Below, piece after piece: positions 36,782 through 47,185 of a DNA stretch of 53,687 nucleotides. Below the pieces are notes generated by a model that was not told where the DNA came from, did no database searches, and was given only the letters and a program-made list of their open reading frames with translations. How positions within the stretch are numbered: position 1 is the stretch's first letter; every line of letters starts with the position of its first letter. The DNA comes from Hyphomicrobiales bacterium (GTDB taxonomy: Bacteria > Pseudomonadota > Alphaproteobacteria > Rhizobiales > JAKSCL01), in the NCBI GenBank assembly GCA_022360615.1, contig JAKSCL010000295.1:1-53687 (forward strand), written 5' to 3'. Position numbers and translations under genes: made by a program.

Positions 36782-37237
36782 TCAGGAAAGGGAGCGGCTG
36801 CCCGACCACCATTCCCCGGCGCTTCGGCCCGCGAGCAGCCAATAGACAAGGCCACCGGCAAGTCCCGCTGCGGCGGCAGAGGCCAGATATTGCGTGTCGA
36901 TGGGATCGAGCCCGACCGGGCCGGAGAGAATGATCGGCGCGCTTGCAATCACCGCCCCCGCCGCGCCATAGAACACCCAGCCTCTAAGCCGGAAGGCTTC
37001 CGCTGCCGCGATCGCCAAAACAGCCGGCAGCAGCGTGAGTTGCCCCGTGAGTGTAAAGGTCACGATGGAGACGTAAGCGAGATCGAAGAAGCTATCCATG
37101 ATTTCGAACTCCACCTCGGCACGCGGGACGATTTCGTTCTGATAGAAAAGAAACATGCCAGCCATGGCGGCCGCGCCGAGCGCCACCGAGACGGCAATGA
37201 CAATCAAAACGAGCCGCAGGATGAACCGGCCGATCAT
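36782..37237 (-). CDS. hypothetical 4-TM membrane protein (paralog B)
   Basis: 151 aa. The C-terminus AGGLVYWLLAGRSAGEWW parallels that of the upstream gene. ATGA overlap with it. Confidence 0.6.
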   Translation of the reverse strand: MIGRFILRLVLIVIAVSVALGAAAMAGMFLFYQNEIVPRAEVEFEIMDSFFDLAYVSIVTFTLTGQLTLLPAVLAIAAAEAFRLRGWVFYGAAGAVIASAPIILSGPVGLDPIDTQYLASAAAAGLAGGLVYWLLAGRSAGEWWSGSRSLS

Positions 37238-37653
37238 CTCGTCCGGTCAGCCCAACCCATGCCGGCATGTTGGCCGGCAATCATCCAGTAGACTGCGCCG
37301 ACAATGGCGCCGGCAAAGGCCAATAATGGAAGCAAGATGAAAGGTGCCCAGCTAAACGAGAGACCGTACAATACGCTTCCGAACAACGCCAGTAACATGC
37401 CAAGGATCGAGCCTGCGATGATGTGCACGGATAGCCGGCGACATTGAGAGACGTCAGCGAGAATCGCAAGCGGAAACAGTAGGGGTGAGACGAGCGTTGT
37501 TCCGAACAGAGCTTCCGTCCAAACCTCACTTACAGATCTCTCGGAAACCAAGACAAAGAGCAGGAATAATGCGGCGAGGACCGTAACGGTCAGCGCCAAG
37601 ACCGCCACGGCCATTCGCGCGAGTATCGAACTGATGAACCGGGCGCGCGTCAT
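37234..37653 (-). CDS. hypothetical 4-TM membrane protein (paralog A)
   Basis: 139 aa, C-terminus VGAVYWMIAGQHAGMGW. Starts 9 nt after the rlmN stop. Confidence 0.6.
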   Translation of the reverse strand: MTRARFISSILARMAVAVLALTVTVLAALFLLFVLVSERSVSEVWTEALFGTTLVSPLLFPLAILADVSQCRRLSVHIIAGSILGMLLALFGSVLYGLSFSWAPFILLPLLAFAGAIVGAVYWMIAGQHAGMGWADRTR

Positions 37654-37662
37654 CGCGATCTA

Positions 37663-38898
37663 TCACAGCCCTGCGGCCCGCTCCGCGACCCCGAAAGCCA
37701 ACTCGCGCTTCTTCCAGGCGGGCATGCGCTCGGACGCCGATTTCAACTGTCCGCAGGCAGCCATGATGTCCCGGCCCCTCGGTGTGCGAACCGGTGAGGC
37801 ATAGCCCGCCCGGTTGACGATGTCCGCGAAACGCTCGATCTGCTCCCAGTCAGAGCACTCGTAGCGCGTGCCGGGCCAGGGATTGAAAGGGATCAGGTTA
37901 ATCTTCGATGGAATGCCGGAAAGCAGCCGCACAAGCTCTTTTGCGTCCGAAAGCGCGTCGTTCACGCCCTTCAGCATCACATACTCAAAAGTGATCCGTT
38001 TCGCGTTCGAAAGCCCCGGATAGGACCGGCAGGCCTCGAGCAGGCCCTTGATGGGATACTTCTTGTTGAGCGGTACCAGCTCGTTGCGCAGATCGTCGCG
38101 CACGGCATGAAGCGAGATGGCCAGCATCACGCCGATCTCGTCCCCGGTGCGCCCGATCATCGGGACGACGCCCGAGGTCGAGAGCGTGATGCGCCGTTTT
38201 GAAAGCGAAACGCCCTCGCCGTCGGAGGCGGTCAGGAGAGCGTCCTTCACATTTTCGAAATTATAAAGCGGCTCGCCCATCCCCATCATAACGATATTGG
38301 TGATGGCACGTTCGCCTTCAGGGATCGATGCGCCGTCATCGGGCCGATTGGCATTCGGCCAATCGCCGATCCTATCGCGGGCTGTTAGGATCTGGGCGAG
38401 AATTTCCTCCGCTGTCAGATTGCGGACCAGCGTCTGTGTGCCCGTATGGCAGAACGAGCAGGTGAGCGTGCAGCCCACCTGGCTTGAGACGCATAATGTG
38501 CCCCGGTCGCTTTCCGGGATATAGACCGTTTCGATATCGGCGGGCGCTTCCCCCGGCGCTTGCGCCGGAAACCGGAAAAGCCATTTGCGGGTTCCGTCCT
38601 CAGAGACCTGCTCGGTGACGATCTGCGGCCGTTCGAGCGTGAAAGCGGCATTGAGTTCGGCGCGCAAGCTCTTCGAGATGTTGGTCATGTCGTCGAAGGC
38701 GGTCGTACCGCGTTGATAGATCCAGCTCCAAAGCTGGCTTGCACGCATGCGCCTTTGCTTTTCCGGAATGCCGATTTCGCCAAGCCGTGCAGCGAGTGCA
38801 GCACGCGACAGACCGATCAGCGAGGGCTTTCGCTGTTGAAAGGAAGACTTGCGGCCCGCCGCAGGCGGGCCTTGCTTGAGGTCGAGCGCGATAACCAT
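37663..38898 (-). CDS. rlmN: 23S rRNA/tRNA (adenine-C2)-methyltransferase, radical SAM
   Basis: [18 protein letters not shown] radical-SAM cluster, MGMGEPL, and ...AACGQL C-terminal Cys. Confidence 0.95.
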   Translation of the reverse strand: MVIALDLKQGPPAAGRKSSFQQRKPSLIGLSRAALAARLGEIGIPEKQRRMRASQLWSWIYQRGTTAFDDMTNISKSLRAELNAAFTLERPQIVTEQVSEDGTRKWLFRFPAQAPGEAPADIETVYIPESDRGTLCVSSQVGCTLTCSFCHTGTQTLVRNLTAEEILAQILTARDRIGDWPNANRPDDGASIPEGERAITNIVMMGMGEPLYNFENVKDALLTASDGEGVSLSKRRITLSTSGVVPMIGRTGDEIGVMLAISLHAVRDDLRNELVPLNKKYPIKGLLEACRSYPGLSNAKRITFEYVMLKGVNDALSDAKELVRLLSGIPSKINLIPFNPWPGTRYECSDWEQIERFADIVNRAGYASPVRTPRGRDIMAACGQLKSASERMPAWKKRELAFGVAERAAGL

Positions 38899-38990
38899 AG
38901 CTCTTTCGCCGTTGAACGCGGTGCGTCATAGCATGCGGAATGCTCCCGGCACCACCGGTGCCTTCCGATTTCAGCTTTTCCGCCCGATAG

Positions 38991-39521
38991 CTAGCTGGCG
39001 CATTCCTGCTGGGCGCGGTTCATGGCCGCCGTGATTCCGCTGAGCGAATAGGTGTCGATGGTCTCGGTACCGCGTGTCGAGGTGCCGAAGACCCGCATTG
39101 TGGCGCCGCGGCGCATGGAATCGACGAGTCTGGGTTCATCGGCCACGTTCTCGATCCACGCATTCTCGTCGCGGGCAAAAAGCGGGAAGGTTGTCGCGCC
39201 TACTTCGGCGCGCGTTGAGCCTTCGCGCAGCGGATAACCGTAAATGACGCTCACTTCGCCACGCACCTGTTCGGTCGGGCGGATCGCGATGAAGATATGA
39301 GCCGGTCCGCGCTGACGCCCGGCGGGGTTCATTTCAGAAGACGATGGCTGTGAAATCACAAAACACGTCTTCTGGTCGTTCGATGTGTCCACATAGGCCG
39401 ACCAGGCTCTGAATTCCCCTAAACGCTCGGTCTGCGCTTGCGCCGGTAGCGCTTGCGTCCAGAAAACCACTGCCAATGCCGCAAACCCGATGACCCGAAG
39501 CCCCACTCTGGCCCCTATCAT
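38991..39521 (-). CDS. invasion-associated locus B (IalB) family exported protein
   Basis: Signal peptide, then ...FRAWSAY...C.VISQP... The ATG at 39521 has a GAAGGAGG SD. Confidence 0.75.
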   Translation of the reverse strand: MIGARVGLRVIGFAALAVVFWTQALPAQAQTERLGEFRAWSAYVDTSNDQKTCFVISQPSSSEMNPAGRQRGPAHIFIAIRPTEQVRGEVSVIYGYPLREGSTRAEVGATTFPLFARDENAWIENVADEPRLVDSMRRGATMRVFGTSTRGTETIDTYSLSGITAAMNRAQQECAS

Positions 39522-39793
39522 CCTTGCCTCCTTCGTTGCCACTATGCCGACTTTCCGCAAATCCAGTTCATTAGTTAAGACTCATGGGACGCCATTTCGA
39601 GCCCCGGGAATCATGCGTTGATTCTTGTCAAAAATCACCAATTGAAGAGCCCGCTGCGCGTTTCGCGGCGCATTTTCCCGAAAATCGCCCCAGTTTTCTC
39701 TTGGAAACAAGGAGTGGTTAAGGTTCGGTTATGGATAACGATAGCGCGGGATGATTCCTGCACGCGACACCGTTTTCTATCAAACATTTCGGC

Positions 39794-40390
39794 GTGATTG
39801 GGGCGCAGACAAAAGTGGTTGCAGCTCAAGAGTCTGCTGAATTGACCGCAGCGATCGCGGAACGGCGCGACCGTAAAGCCTTTACGCGTTTGTTCGATCA
39901 TTTTGCGCCGCGGGTGAAGTCCTTCTTGATGCGCATGGGAACGGAAGAAGAAGCAGCCGAGGAAATCACCCAGGAGGTGATGCTGACGCTCTGGCGGAAG
40001 GCGGCGTTGTTCAATCCGGAGAAATCGTCGCTTTCCACCTGGCTGTTTCGGATTGCCCGGAACCGGCGTATCGATCAGATCAGGCGCGCGCGCTCCGATG
40101 GCATAGATACGGACGACCCGACGCTTTTGCCGGAGCCCGAACCGCCCGCCGATGCGGTGTTCAACGCGCGGGCACGCGAAGAGCGGGTGCGCGATGCCCT
40201 CACGGCTTTGCCCGAGGAGCAGCTGGTGCTAATCGAATCCGCATTTTTCCGCGGGCTTTCGCATTCGCAAATCGCCGAGCAGACAGGCTTGCCGCTTGGC
40301 ACCGTGAAATCCCGAATCCGGCTCGCCTTTGAGCGCTTGAGGCGAAGCTTCGAGGGGGATGAAAGGGTCGATACGGATTTCTCGGAGTAG
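39794..40390 (+). CDS. ECF (sigma-70 group 4) RNA polymerase sigma factor
   Basis: Region 2 ...EEAAEEITQEVMLTLWRKA..FNPEKSSLSTWLFRIARNRRID and region 4 ...LSHSQIAEQTGLPLGTVKSRIRLA. The GTG start is uncertain. Confidence 0.88.
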   Translation: MIGAQTKVVAAQESAELTAAIAERRDRKAFTRLFDHFAPRVKSFLMRMGTEEEAAEEITQEVMLTLWRKAALFNPEKSSLSTWLFRIARNRRIDQIRRARSDGIDTDDPTLLPEPEPPADAVFNARAREERVRDALTALPEEQLVLIESAFFRGLSHSQIAEQTGLPLGTVKSRIRLAFERLRRSFEGDERVDTDFSE

Positions 40391-40395
40391 ATGTC

Positions 40396-40941
40396 CTATC
40401 GCGTTTCCGCGTCGCGCATGGCGCGGCGGCTAAAGCGGCCGCCATGCCGGTGAGGTCCGAGCTTCTCCGGCATTTTCCGGGCGGAAATCGGCCGGGCGGC
40501 GAAGCGGCCATGGGAAAGCATGCGATCATACATCACCAGCGCGCCGGCGGTCGCCACATTGATGCAAAAGGCCGTCGGGATACGGACGACATGGCGGCAG
40601 TGGGCAAGCGCGGCTTCCGAAAGGCTGCCGCGCTCGGGCCCCAGGATATAGGCTGCCTGTTTGGGATGGCGGAAGCTCGGCAGGTCGACGGCATCATCTG
40701 TGAGTTCGACGCCGACAAGGTCGCAGCCATCGGGGAGAACCATCTCCTCAACCGATTCCCAGAGATAGAACGGGATATTGCGCGGTGTGCGGGAGGTGTC
40801 CGAATGCATCTCACGAATGCGCGGATCGGCATCAATCACGAAAAAGAACTGCGCCCCGAAGGCATGCGCCGAGCGAATCAGATTGCCTGCATTCATGGGT
40901 TTTGATAGCCCTTCGACACCCATCCCGAAATAGCCGCGCAT
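40396..40941 (-). CDS. SpoU/TrmH family RNA methyltransferase
   Basis: MRGYFGMGVEGLSKPMNAGNLIRSAHAFGA N-terminus and ...LGPERGSLS... ATG at 40941 preferred over 40956. Confidence 0.85.
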   Translation of the reverse strand: MRGYFGMGVEGLSKPMNAGNLIRSAHAFGAQFFFVIDADPRIREMHSDTSRTPRNIPFYLWESVEEMVLPDGCDLVGVELTDDAVDLPSFRHPKQAAYILGPERGSLSEAALAHCRHVVRIPTAFCINVATAGALVMYDRMLSHGRFAARPISARKMPEKLGPHRHGGRFSRRAMRDAETR

Positions 40942-41044
40942 CGTTTCTTCTCTCATCCCACTGCGCCCAACCTGTTCCCACAGGCGAAACCGGCGTGTTA
41001 CTCAGCATAGCGCCCAAACACTCCGAAAGAAAAAGGCCATATCC

Positions 41045-42019
41045 ATGCGCGCTGTGCTTTGCACCCATCTCGGTCCGCCTGAAACACTTGAAATCGGCGA
41101 AATGGATGATCCCATTCCCGGCGACGGTGAGGTGGTCGTTGACGTTACGGCGGCTGCCCTGAACTTCATGGACACGCTGATCATCGAAGGGCGCTATCAG
41201 GTCAAACCGGAGCTTCCTTTTTCGCCAGGCGCGGAGTTTGCCGGGACGGTCAGCGCAATCGGGAACGGCGTCAACGGATTGGCGGTCGGCGATCGCGTGC
41301 TCGGCAATCCGGGTTACGGAGCGTGCCGGGAAAAGGTTCTGAGCCCTGTTCAAGCGCTTGTTCACGTGCCGGCCTCCATTCCCGATGAAAAGGCGGCCGG
41401 GCTTTCCGTTACCTATGGCACCGCAATTCATGCCTTGAAAGATCGCGCGCAGCTTCAGCCGGGTGAGAAAGTCGCCATCCTCGGCGCATCCGGCGGAGCC
41501 GGCATTGCAGCCGTTGAAATTGCGCGGATAATGGGTGCGCATGTGATTGCCTGTGTTTCATCGCCGGAGAAGGCTGCCTTCTGCAGAGAGCGTGGGGCGC
41601 ATGAGACGCTCATTTACGCTGAGGCCGATCTCAAAACGACGCTCAAACAGGCGGGCGGTGCATCGGGCATTGATGTGATCTACGATGCCATTGGCGGACC
41701 TTATAGCGAGCCAGCTTTGAGGGCGCTTGCCTGGAAGGGCCGGTTTCTCGTTATCGGTTTCGCCGCGGGCGACATCCCGACGATCCCGCTTAACCTTCTC
41801 CTCCTCAAAGGTTGCGATATCCGGGGTGTGTTTTTCGCCCGGTTCGCGCAGGAAGAGCCCGAAGCGCACCGGGCAAATCTGCGCCAATTGCTTCAATGGT
41901 GCGAAAGCGGTGCATTGAAGCCCCATGTGGATGCGGTCTACGCGCTCGATGAAACGGCGGACGCAATTTCAGCGCTCGCCGAGCGGCGAGTGAAGGGCAA
42001 GGTTGTCGTGAAGCCCTAG
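41045..42019 (+). CDS. NADPH:quinone oxidoreductase family (MDR) protein
   Basis: ...GEVVVDVTAAALNFMD..., ILGASGGAGIAAVEIAR. Confidence 0.9.
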   Translation: MRAVLCTHLGPPETLEIGEMDDPIPGDGEVVVDVTAAALNFMDTLIIEGRYQVKPELPFSPGAEFAGTVSAIGNGVNGLAVGDRVLGNPGYGACREKVLSPVQALVHVPASIPDEKAAGLSVTYGTAIHALKDRAQLQPGEKVAILGASGGAGIAAVEIARIMGAHVIACVSSPEKAAFCRERGAHETLIYAEADLKTTLKQAGGASGIDVIYDAIGGPYSEPALRALAWKGRFLVIGFAAGDIPTIPLNLLLLKGCDIRGVFFARFAQEEPEAHRANLRQLLQWCESGALKPHVDAVYALDETADAISALAERRVKGKVVVKP

Positions 42020-42486
42020 CCGCCTTTTCCGGGTGTGATGTCTTTCATCATCCGCTCGTCGATATCATCGACACTGGCAATGTCGAGATCGAGCGCCCGA
42101 CGGGCTTTTTCACGGTGTTCGGGCTTGATGTGGGCGGCAAGCGTACGGATTGCCGTGTAGAGAAGCGCCGCGTCATCCGTGTAGCCGAGTCCGGCGATGA
42201 AATCCGGGATCAGGTCCACCGGCATGATGAAATAGAGAAGGACCCCGAGCAACGTTGCCCTCACGCCAAGTGGTGTTTTTGTGTCGAATGCGCAATAATA
42301 GGCAGCGACTAGGTCCTCCGCGAACGGTATGTGTCCGATGACGCGCTTCAGCTTTTTCCAGAAGTCGCGCTTCACGCGGCCTTGGCGCTTCTGAACAAGG
42401 GATAGCGCCCGATCCTGGCCAATGGACCGTGACCGTTCGACCTCGTCTTTCAGTGTCGATGCGCTGTCGCTCATGCGGATCACCAT
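42016..42486 (-). CDS. YkvA/DUF1232 family membrane protein
   Basis: ...LLYFIMPVDLIPDFIAGLGYTDDAALL... motif. N-terminal start uncertain. Confidence 0.8.
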   Translation of the reverse strand: MVIRMSDSASTLKDEVERSRSIGQDRALSLVQKRQGRVKRDFWKKLKRVIGHIPFAEDLVAAYYCAFDTKTPLGVRATLLGVLLYFIMPVDLIPDFIAGLGYTDDAALLYTAIRTLAAHIKPEHREKARRALDLDIASVDDIDERMMKDITPGKGG

Positions 42487-42592
42487 ACCCGAAAGACTAG
42501 ATGGCGTCTTCCTTCAAACGTCTCAAGAGCGGGCTTGCAATGATGCGCATCGCCGTTAAGAGACACCCTGATTTCCAATAGGGGATGCGGCG

Positions 42593-43375
42593 ATGCAGTT
42601 GAGCGGTCTTTCTGCAGTAGTAACCGGCGGTGCGTCCGGTCTTGGGGAGGCGACGGCGCGCCGTTTGGCTGGCGCGGGCGTGAAGGTTGCGCTTTTCGAT
42701 ATGGATGCTGAGCGTGGCCCACAGGTGGCGGGCGAGATCGGCGGGGTTTTTTGCGCGGTCGATGTCTCCGGCCTGGAAAGCGTTGAGGAGGGCTTTCAGA
42801 AGGCGCGCCACATCCACGGCCAGGAGCGCATCTGCATCAATTGCGCGGGCATTGCACCCGTTCAGAAAACGGCAGGTAGGGACCGTGAGACCGGTGCGAT
42901 CAATCCGCATGACGCAGCCCTTTTCCAAAAGGCGATTTCCGTCAACCTGGTGGGCACATTTCTGATGGCAAGCCGCTCGGCCGCCGGAATGATGGCGCTC
43001 GATCCGCTTGATGCGCAAGGTCAGCGGGGCGTCATCGTGTCAACGGCGTCGGTGGCTGCCCAGGACGGCCAAATCGGCCAGGTCGCCTACGCCATGTCGA
43101 AAGCCGGGGTCGCCGGTATGAGCCTGCCCATGGCGCGCGATCTGGCGCGCGAGGGCATCAGGGTATGCGCTATTCTGCCAGGCGTTTTCGGCACGCCCAT
43201 GGTGGCGGCGCTGAGTGACGAGGTGCGCGCATCGCTTGCCCAGACCGTACCGTTCCCCTCACGGCTCGGCGATCCGGATGAGTATGCCGCGCTCGTCCAG
43301 CATGTCTGCGAGAACGATTTCTTGAATGCGGAAAACATCCGCATCGACGGGGCGGTCAGACTCGCGCCGCGCTGA
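42593..43375 (+). CDS. SDR family 3-hydroxyacyl-CoA dehydrogenase type II-like
   Basis: AVVTGGASGLGEA, YAMSKAGVAGMSLPMARDLA. Confidence 0.9.
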   Translation: MQLSGLSAVVTGGASGLGEATARRLAGAGVKVALFDMDAERGPQVAGEIGGVFCAVDVSGLESVEEGFQKARHIHGQERICINCAGIAPVQKTAGRDRETGAINPHDAALFQKAISVNLVGTFLMASRSAAGMMALDPLDAQGQRGVIVSTASVAAQDGQIGQVAYAMSKAGVAGMSLPMARDLAREGIRVCAILPGVFGTPMVAALSDEVRASLAQTVPFPSRLGDPDEYAALVQHVCENDFLNAENIRIDGAVRLAPR

Positions 43376-43669
43376 CTATTCGGCAGCGTAGGCGTCCATC
43401 TTCTTGGCGAGTTTGATGTCGAGTTCGGTCAGACCGCCGGCGTCATGCGTGGCGAGCGTAATCTCGACTGTCTTGTAGACATTGAACCACTCCGGGTGGT
43501 GGTCCATTTTTTCGGCGGCGAGCGCGACCCGGCTCATAAAGCCGAACGCTTCGTTGAAGTCCTTGAAGGCGAACGTCTTGGTGATGGCATCCCGGCCTTC
43601 GACAAGCGCCCAGCCCTCTAGGCTACTCAGCGCCTCGGTCTTTTCGTCGCCTTCCAGCTTTTGCGGCAT
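43376..43669 (-). CDS. phhB: 4a-hydroxytetrahydrobiopterin dehydratase (PCD/DCoH)
   Basis: ...[31 protein letters not shown]... The ATG at 43669 has an AAGGAA SD. The longer track ORF is unlikely. Confidence 0.88.
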   Translation of the reverse strand: MPQKLEGDEKTEALSSLEGWALVEGRDAITKTFAFKDFNEAFGFMSRVALAAEKMDHHPEWFNVYKTVEITLATHDAGGLTELDIKLAKKMDAYAAE

Positions 43670-43826
43670 TTTTGTTTCCTTGCTTCGAGTATTTTGATAG
43701 GCGGAGAGAAGCCGGCCCGAGGGGTTGGACTTGCGATAATACTCCATTTTGGTGTCATTTCTGCGAAGGGGCCTGCGGAAAACCCGTTCGCGTTCGCGCC
43801 TTCGTCCATCCGCTCCCGAAGTTCCT

Positions 43827-44435
43827 TTAAAAACGGAACTCGTTTTCAAGCGGACCGGCGGCATCCTCATACTCGTCGTAGATTCGGGCATAATCGTCGA
43901 CGTTGTCGAAAGGGTAGTCCGCTTCGACGATGTAGGGCCCGCCGCCGCGCGAAGCGCGCGAGGAGTAGAGCACGAAGCGTTCCGCCGTGAAGCTCATGGC
44001 TTGAAAGCCGCCATTCTGGCTCAAATAGGCGGCGACATCGCTGGCCGATGCGCCCTTCAGGCGGGCCAGTGTCAGATGCGGCGTGAATTTGCGCGTTTCC
44101 GGGGGCAGGCCGATCCGTTTGACGGCGCGCTCGATATCGGCCTGCAGTGTCATCAGCGCTTCGCTCTTTACGACCTTGGCATAGATGCTGTGCGGCTTTT
44201 TCCCGCCGAAACTGTCAAGTCCGTCGAGGTCGATGTCGAAATCCGCAGCGGAGACATCATCAAGGACGGCTGCGATGTCGCGGGCCACATGGCCCTCGAC
44301 GTGGCCGATAAAGCGCAGCGTGATGTGATAGTTCTCGACGTCGATCCAACGGGCGCCGGGCAACCCGCCGCGCAGGCGGGAGAGTTCATGGGCGACGGTT
44401 TGGGGAACCTGAAGAGCGGTGAAGAGCCGTGGCAT
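43827..44435 (-). CDS. thpR: RNA 2',3'-cyclic phosphodiesterase (2H family, LigT/ThpR)
   Basis: MPRLFTAL..., with two HxT/S motifs (YHITLRF and PHLTLAR). Confidence 0.85.
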   Translation of the reverse strand: MPRLFTALQVPQTVAHELSRLRGGLPGARWIDVENYHITLRFIGHVEGHVARDIAAVLDDVSAADFDIDLDGLDSFGGKKPHSIYAKVVKSEALMTLQADIERAVKRIGLPPETRKFTPHLTLARLKGASASDVAAYLSQNGGFQAMSFTAERFVLYSSRASRGGGPYIVEADYPFDNVDDYARIYDEYEDAAGPLENEFRF

Positions 44436-44536
44436 TGTAGTGATCCTCCAGCCGTTACTACCCATGACAATAACTATAAACCCGATTCGCCTTGAAAAGC
44501 GTTAGCGGCAAATCATTCGGAGCACCAGGACGAGTA

Positions 44537-45583
44537 TCAGGGGCAGCGGTTCTGATAGAGCTGGTGAAGCGCGTTCACCGCATCCTCCAGATCGTCCGTC
44601 CAGGCCAGGCTGGCGGCATCGATATCGGTTTCGAGCTGTTCTATCGCGGTCGCGCCGATGATCGCCGAGGTGACGAAAGGCCGGCTCGTCACAAAGCGGA
44701 TGGCGAGATGGCTCGGATCAATTCCGCGTTCATCGGCAAGTGCCAGATAGGATTCTATGGCTTCCGCCGCTCCGGGCGTCTCATAGCGCTGCATCCGCTG
44801 AAAAAGAGCTTTTCGGCTTTTCGGCGGCAGTGCGCCGCTGCGGTATTTTCCGCTAAGATAGCCTTGGGCGAGCGGGGAATAGGCGAGAAGCCCGACGCGT
44901 TCGCGGTGGGCGATCTCCGCAAGTCCCATTTCAAAGGTGCGGTTGACCAGATTGTAGGCGTTCTGGATCGCATGGACGCGGGCAAAACCGTTTGTTTTTG
45001 AAAGATGGAGATAGTGCATTGTGCCCCATGCGGTCTCGTTCGAGAGGCCGATGAAGCGGATTTTGCCCTCTTTCACCAGATCGCTCAGGGCATGAAGCGT
45101 GTCTTCAATGGCGATTTCCGGGCCCGTCGCGTGCTCATAGACGGTGCCGTTGCGCCCGAAAAGCGAGGCTGGACGGTCCGGCCAATGCACCTGATAAAGG
45201 TCGATATAATCGGTTTGGAGGTTTTTGAGACTTCCGTGGACGGCCTCGCGGATTTGCTGTCCTGAAAGCTCCGTCTTTCTGCCGTTCTGCCGCAGCCAGC
45301 CCATTCCCGAGCGCCCGGCCACTTTCGAAGCGAGAATGATCTTGTCGCGGTTTTGCCGCGCCTTGAACCAGGTGCCGATGATGCGTTCCGTCGCGCCCCG
45401 CGTTTCTGGTTTCGGCGGTATTGCGTAAAGCTCGGCCGTGTCGAGGAAATTCACACCCCGGTCGAGGGCAAAATCCATCTGGGCGTGGCCTTCGGCCTCG
45501 GTGTTCTGTTCTCCCCATGTCATGGTGCCGAGGCAGATGGCGCTCACTTTGACACCCGTATGTCCGAGTTCGCGATACTCCAT
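44537..45583 (-). CDS. aldo/keto reductase (Tas-like)
   Basis: MEYRELGHTGVKVSAICLGTMTWG..., LDTAELY. 348 aa. Confidence 0.92.
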   Translation of the reverse strand: MEYRELGHTGVKVSAICLGTMTWGEQNTEAEGHAQMDFALDRGVNFLDTAELYAIPPKPETRGATERIIGTWFKARQNRDKIILASKVAGRSGMGWLRQNGRKTELSGQQIREAVHGSLKNLQTDYIDLYQVHWPDRPASLFGRNGTVYEHATGPEIAIEDTLHALSDLVKEGKIRFIGLSNETAWGTMHYLHLSKTNGFARVHAIQNAYNLVNRTFEMGLAEIAHRERVGLLAYSPLAQGYLSGKYRSGALPPKSRKALFQRMQRYETPGAAEAIESYLALADERGIDPSHLAIRFVTSRPFVTSAIIGATAIEQLETDIDAASLAWTDDLEDAVNALHQLYQNRCP

Positions 45584-45648
45584 GTCGGCTCCCTAAATGT
45601 GCTTGAAAAACGGTTATGCGGGAAATGCGAAGGCGGGTAAGCGGGGTT

Positions 45649-46314
45649 TTAGTCGGCGCGGACCTGTTCGATCAATTCCTCAACGAAAGGCAACATGCGC
45701 TGAACGATGATATCGACGCCCTGGCGGTTTGGGTGAATGCCGTCGGGCTGGTTGAGCGCGGGATCGGCGGCAACGCCGTCAAGAATAAAAGGGTAGAAGA
45801 CGACGTCATGCTTGTCGGCAAGCCGCGGATAGATGCTGTCGAACCTTCGCTGATAGTCCGGACCAAGATTGCGCGGCGCCATCATGCCGGCGAGCAGAAC
45901 CGGCAGATCCCGTCTGTCCAGGATGGTCAGCATCTCGTTTAGCGCTGCTTCGCTCGCCTGCGGCCGGATACCGCGCAAAGCATCATTGCCGCCAAGCCCG
46001 AGGATGAGAGCGTCGGCGTCCTCCGGCAGCGACCATTCAAGCCGGGCAAGACCGCCCGCCGTCGTTTCGCCCGAAACGCCAGAATTGGTGACGCGCACAT
46101 CATAGCCCTTGGCCTTCAGTGCTTCTTCCAGAACGGCGGGGAGCGCGTCCTCGGGCGCGAGGCCGTAGCCCGCAGTGAGGCTGTCCCCAAAAGCGACAAT
46201 ATGGACCGGTTCTTCGGCACCGGCCTTTCCTGGCGATAACACTCCGGCCGCCAAAAGAACGAATGCGGGAAAAAACAACACCGTTGCGCGGACAAAAAAA
46301 CCAGGCAAGCGCAA
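45649..46314 (-). CDS. tesA: SGNH/GDSL arylesterase-thioesterase (TesA-like), exported
   Basis: IVAFGDSLTAGYG block I and ...DGIHPN block V. In-frame TTG at 46314 with an AGGAG SD gives a clean signal peptide. The longest ORF (to 46428) would overlap the divergent gene. Confidence 0.85.
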   Translation of the reverse strand: MRLPGFFVRATVLFFPAFVLLAAGVLSPGKAGAEEPVHIVAFGDSLTAGYGLAPEDALPAVLEEALKAKGYDVRVTNSGVSGETTAGGLARLEWSLPEDADALILGLGGNDALRGIRPQASEAALNEMLTILDRRDLPVLLAGMMAPRNLGPDYQRRFDSIYPRLADKHDVVFYPFILDGVAADPALNQPDGIHPNRQGVDIIVQRMLPFVEELIEQVRAD

Positions 46315-46441
46315 AAGTCTCCTCTGACCGCTGGGCTTTTTAGGAATTCCAGGGGCGGCAAACACCGCTTGATCTCCTATGTAAGATGCTCGTATGGCCA
46401 GAAAAGCCGACATTGCGGTGCAACACACAAGGGCCCTCGAA

Positions 46442-47185
46442 ATGAGTGATGTTTTAGGGAACTCAAACGGGGGCGGCGTGACCGCTGCGGTTGAACTTAA
46501 GAATGTGAATGTGCATCTGGGCGAAGCGGCGTCGCGCGTTCATGTCCTCAAAAGCGTTTCGCTGACAATAGGCAAAAGCCAGGCGGTCGGACTTGTTGGA
46601 CCTTCGGGATCCGGGAAATCGACGCTTCTTGCAACGATCGCGGGGCTGGAAGCGCCCGGAACCGGCAACGTTGCGATCAACGGCACGCCGCTGACGGGCA
46701 TGAATGAAGACGATCTCGCCCGGTTCCGCAGAGGCGTGATCGGCATCGTCTTTCAGTCCTTTCATCTCATCCCGAACATGACAGCGCTTGAAAACGTCGC
46801 TGTACCGTTGGAGCTTCTGGGCGAGCGGGATGCCTTCGGCCGTGCGGAAGCCGAATTGAAAAGCGTCGGGCTTGGCGAGCGCGCAGCGCATTATCCGGCC
46901 CAACTTTCCGGCGGCGAGCAGCAGCGCGTCGCGCTGGCGCGGGCGCTTGTTGCCGATCCCGAGCTTCTGATCGCCGATGAGCCGACCGGGAATCTCGACG
47001 GTCCGACGGGTCAGCAGATCATGGAGCTGATTTTTTCCGCCCATCGCGATCGTGGCATGACGCTCGTCCTTGTCACTCACGATATGGGCTTGGCTGAAAC
47101 GTGCGAACGCGTGGTGCGGCTGCGCGACGGGCGGATCGAGTCGGACGGTCTGACCGCCAATCGCAAGACCGAGGCTGCAGAATGA
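46442..47185 (+). CDS. ybbA: ABC transporter ATP-binding protein (YbbA/LolD-like)
   Basis: GPSGSGKST Walker [15 protein letters not shown] signature, [12 protein letters not shown] Walker B. Confidence 0.92.
   Translation: MSDVLGNSNGGGVTAAVELKNVNVHLGEAASRVHVLKSVSLTIGKSQAVGLVGPSGSGKSTLLATIAGLEAPGTGNVAINGTPLTGMNEDDLARFRRGVIGIVFQSFHLIPNMTALENVAVPLELLGERDAFGRAEAELKSVGLGERAAHYPAQLSGGEQQRVALARALVADPELLIADEPTGNLDGPTGQQIMELIFSAHRDRGMTLVLVTHDMGLAETCERVVRLRDGRIESDGLTANRKTEAAE

Noticed and set aside
39703-39730. EcfG/ECF-like promoter GGAAAC-N17-CGGTT upstream of the ECF sigma gene.
   Set aside because: It is only an inexact match to GGAAC-N16/17-CGTT. There is no phyR/nepR context, and it could easily arise by chance in an AT-rich spacer.
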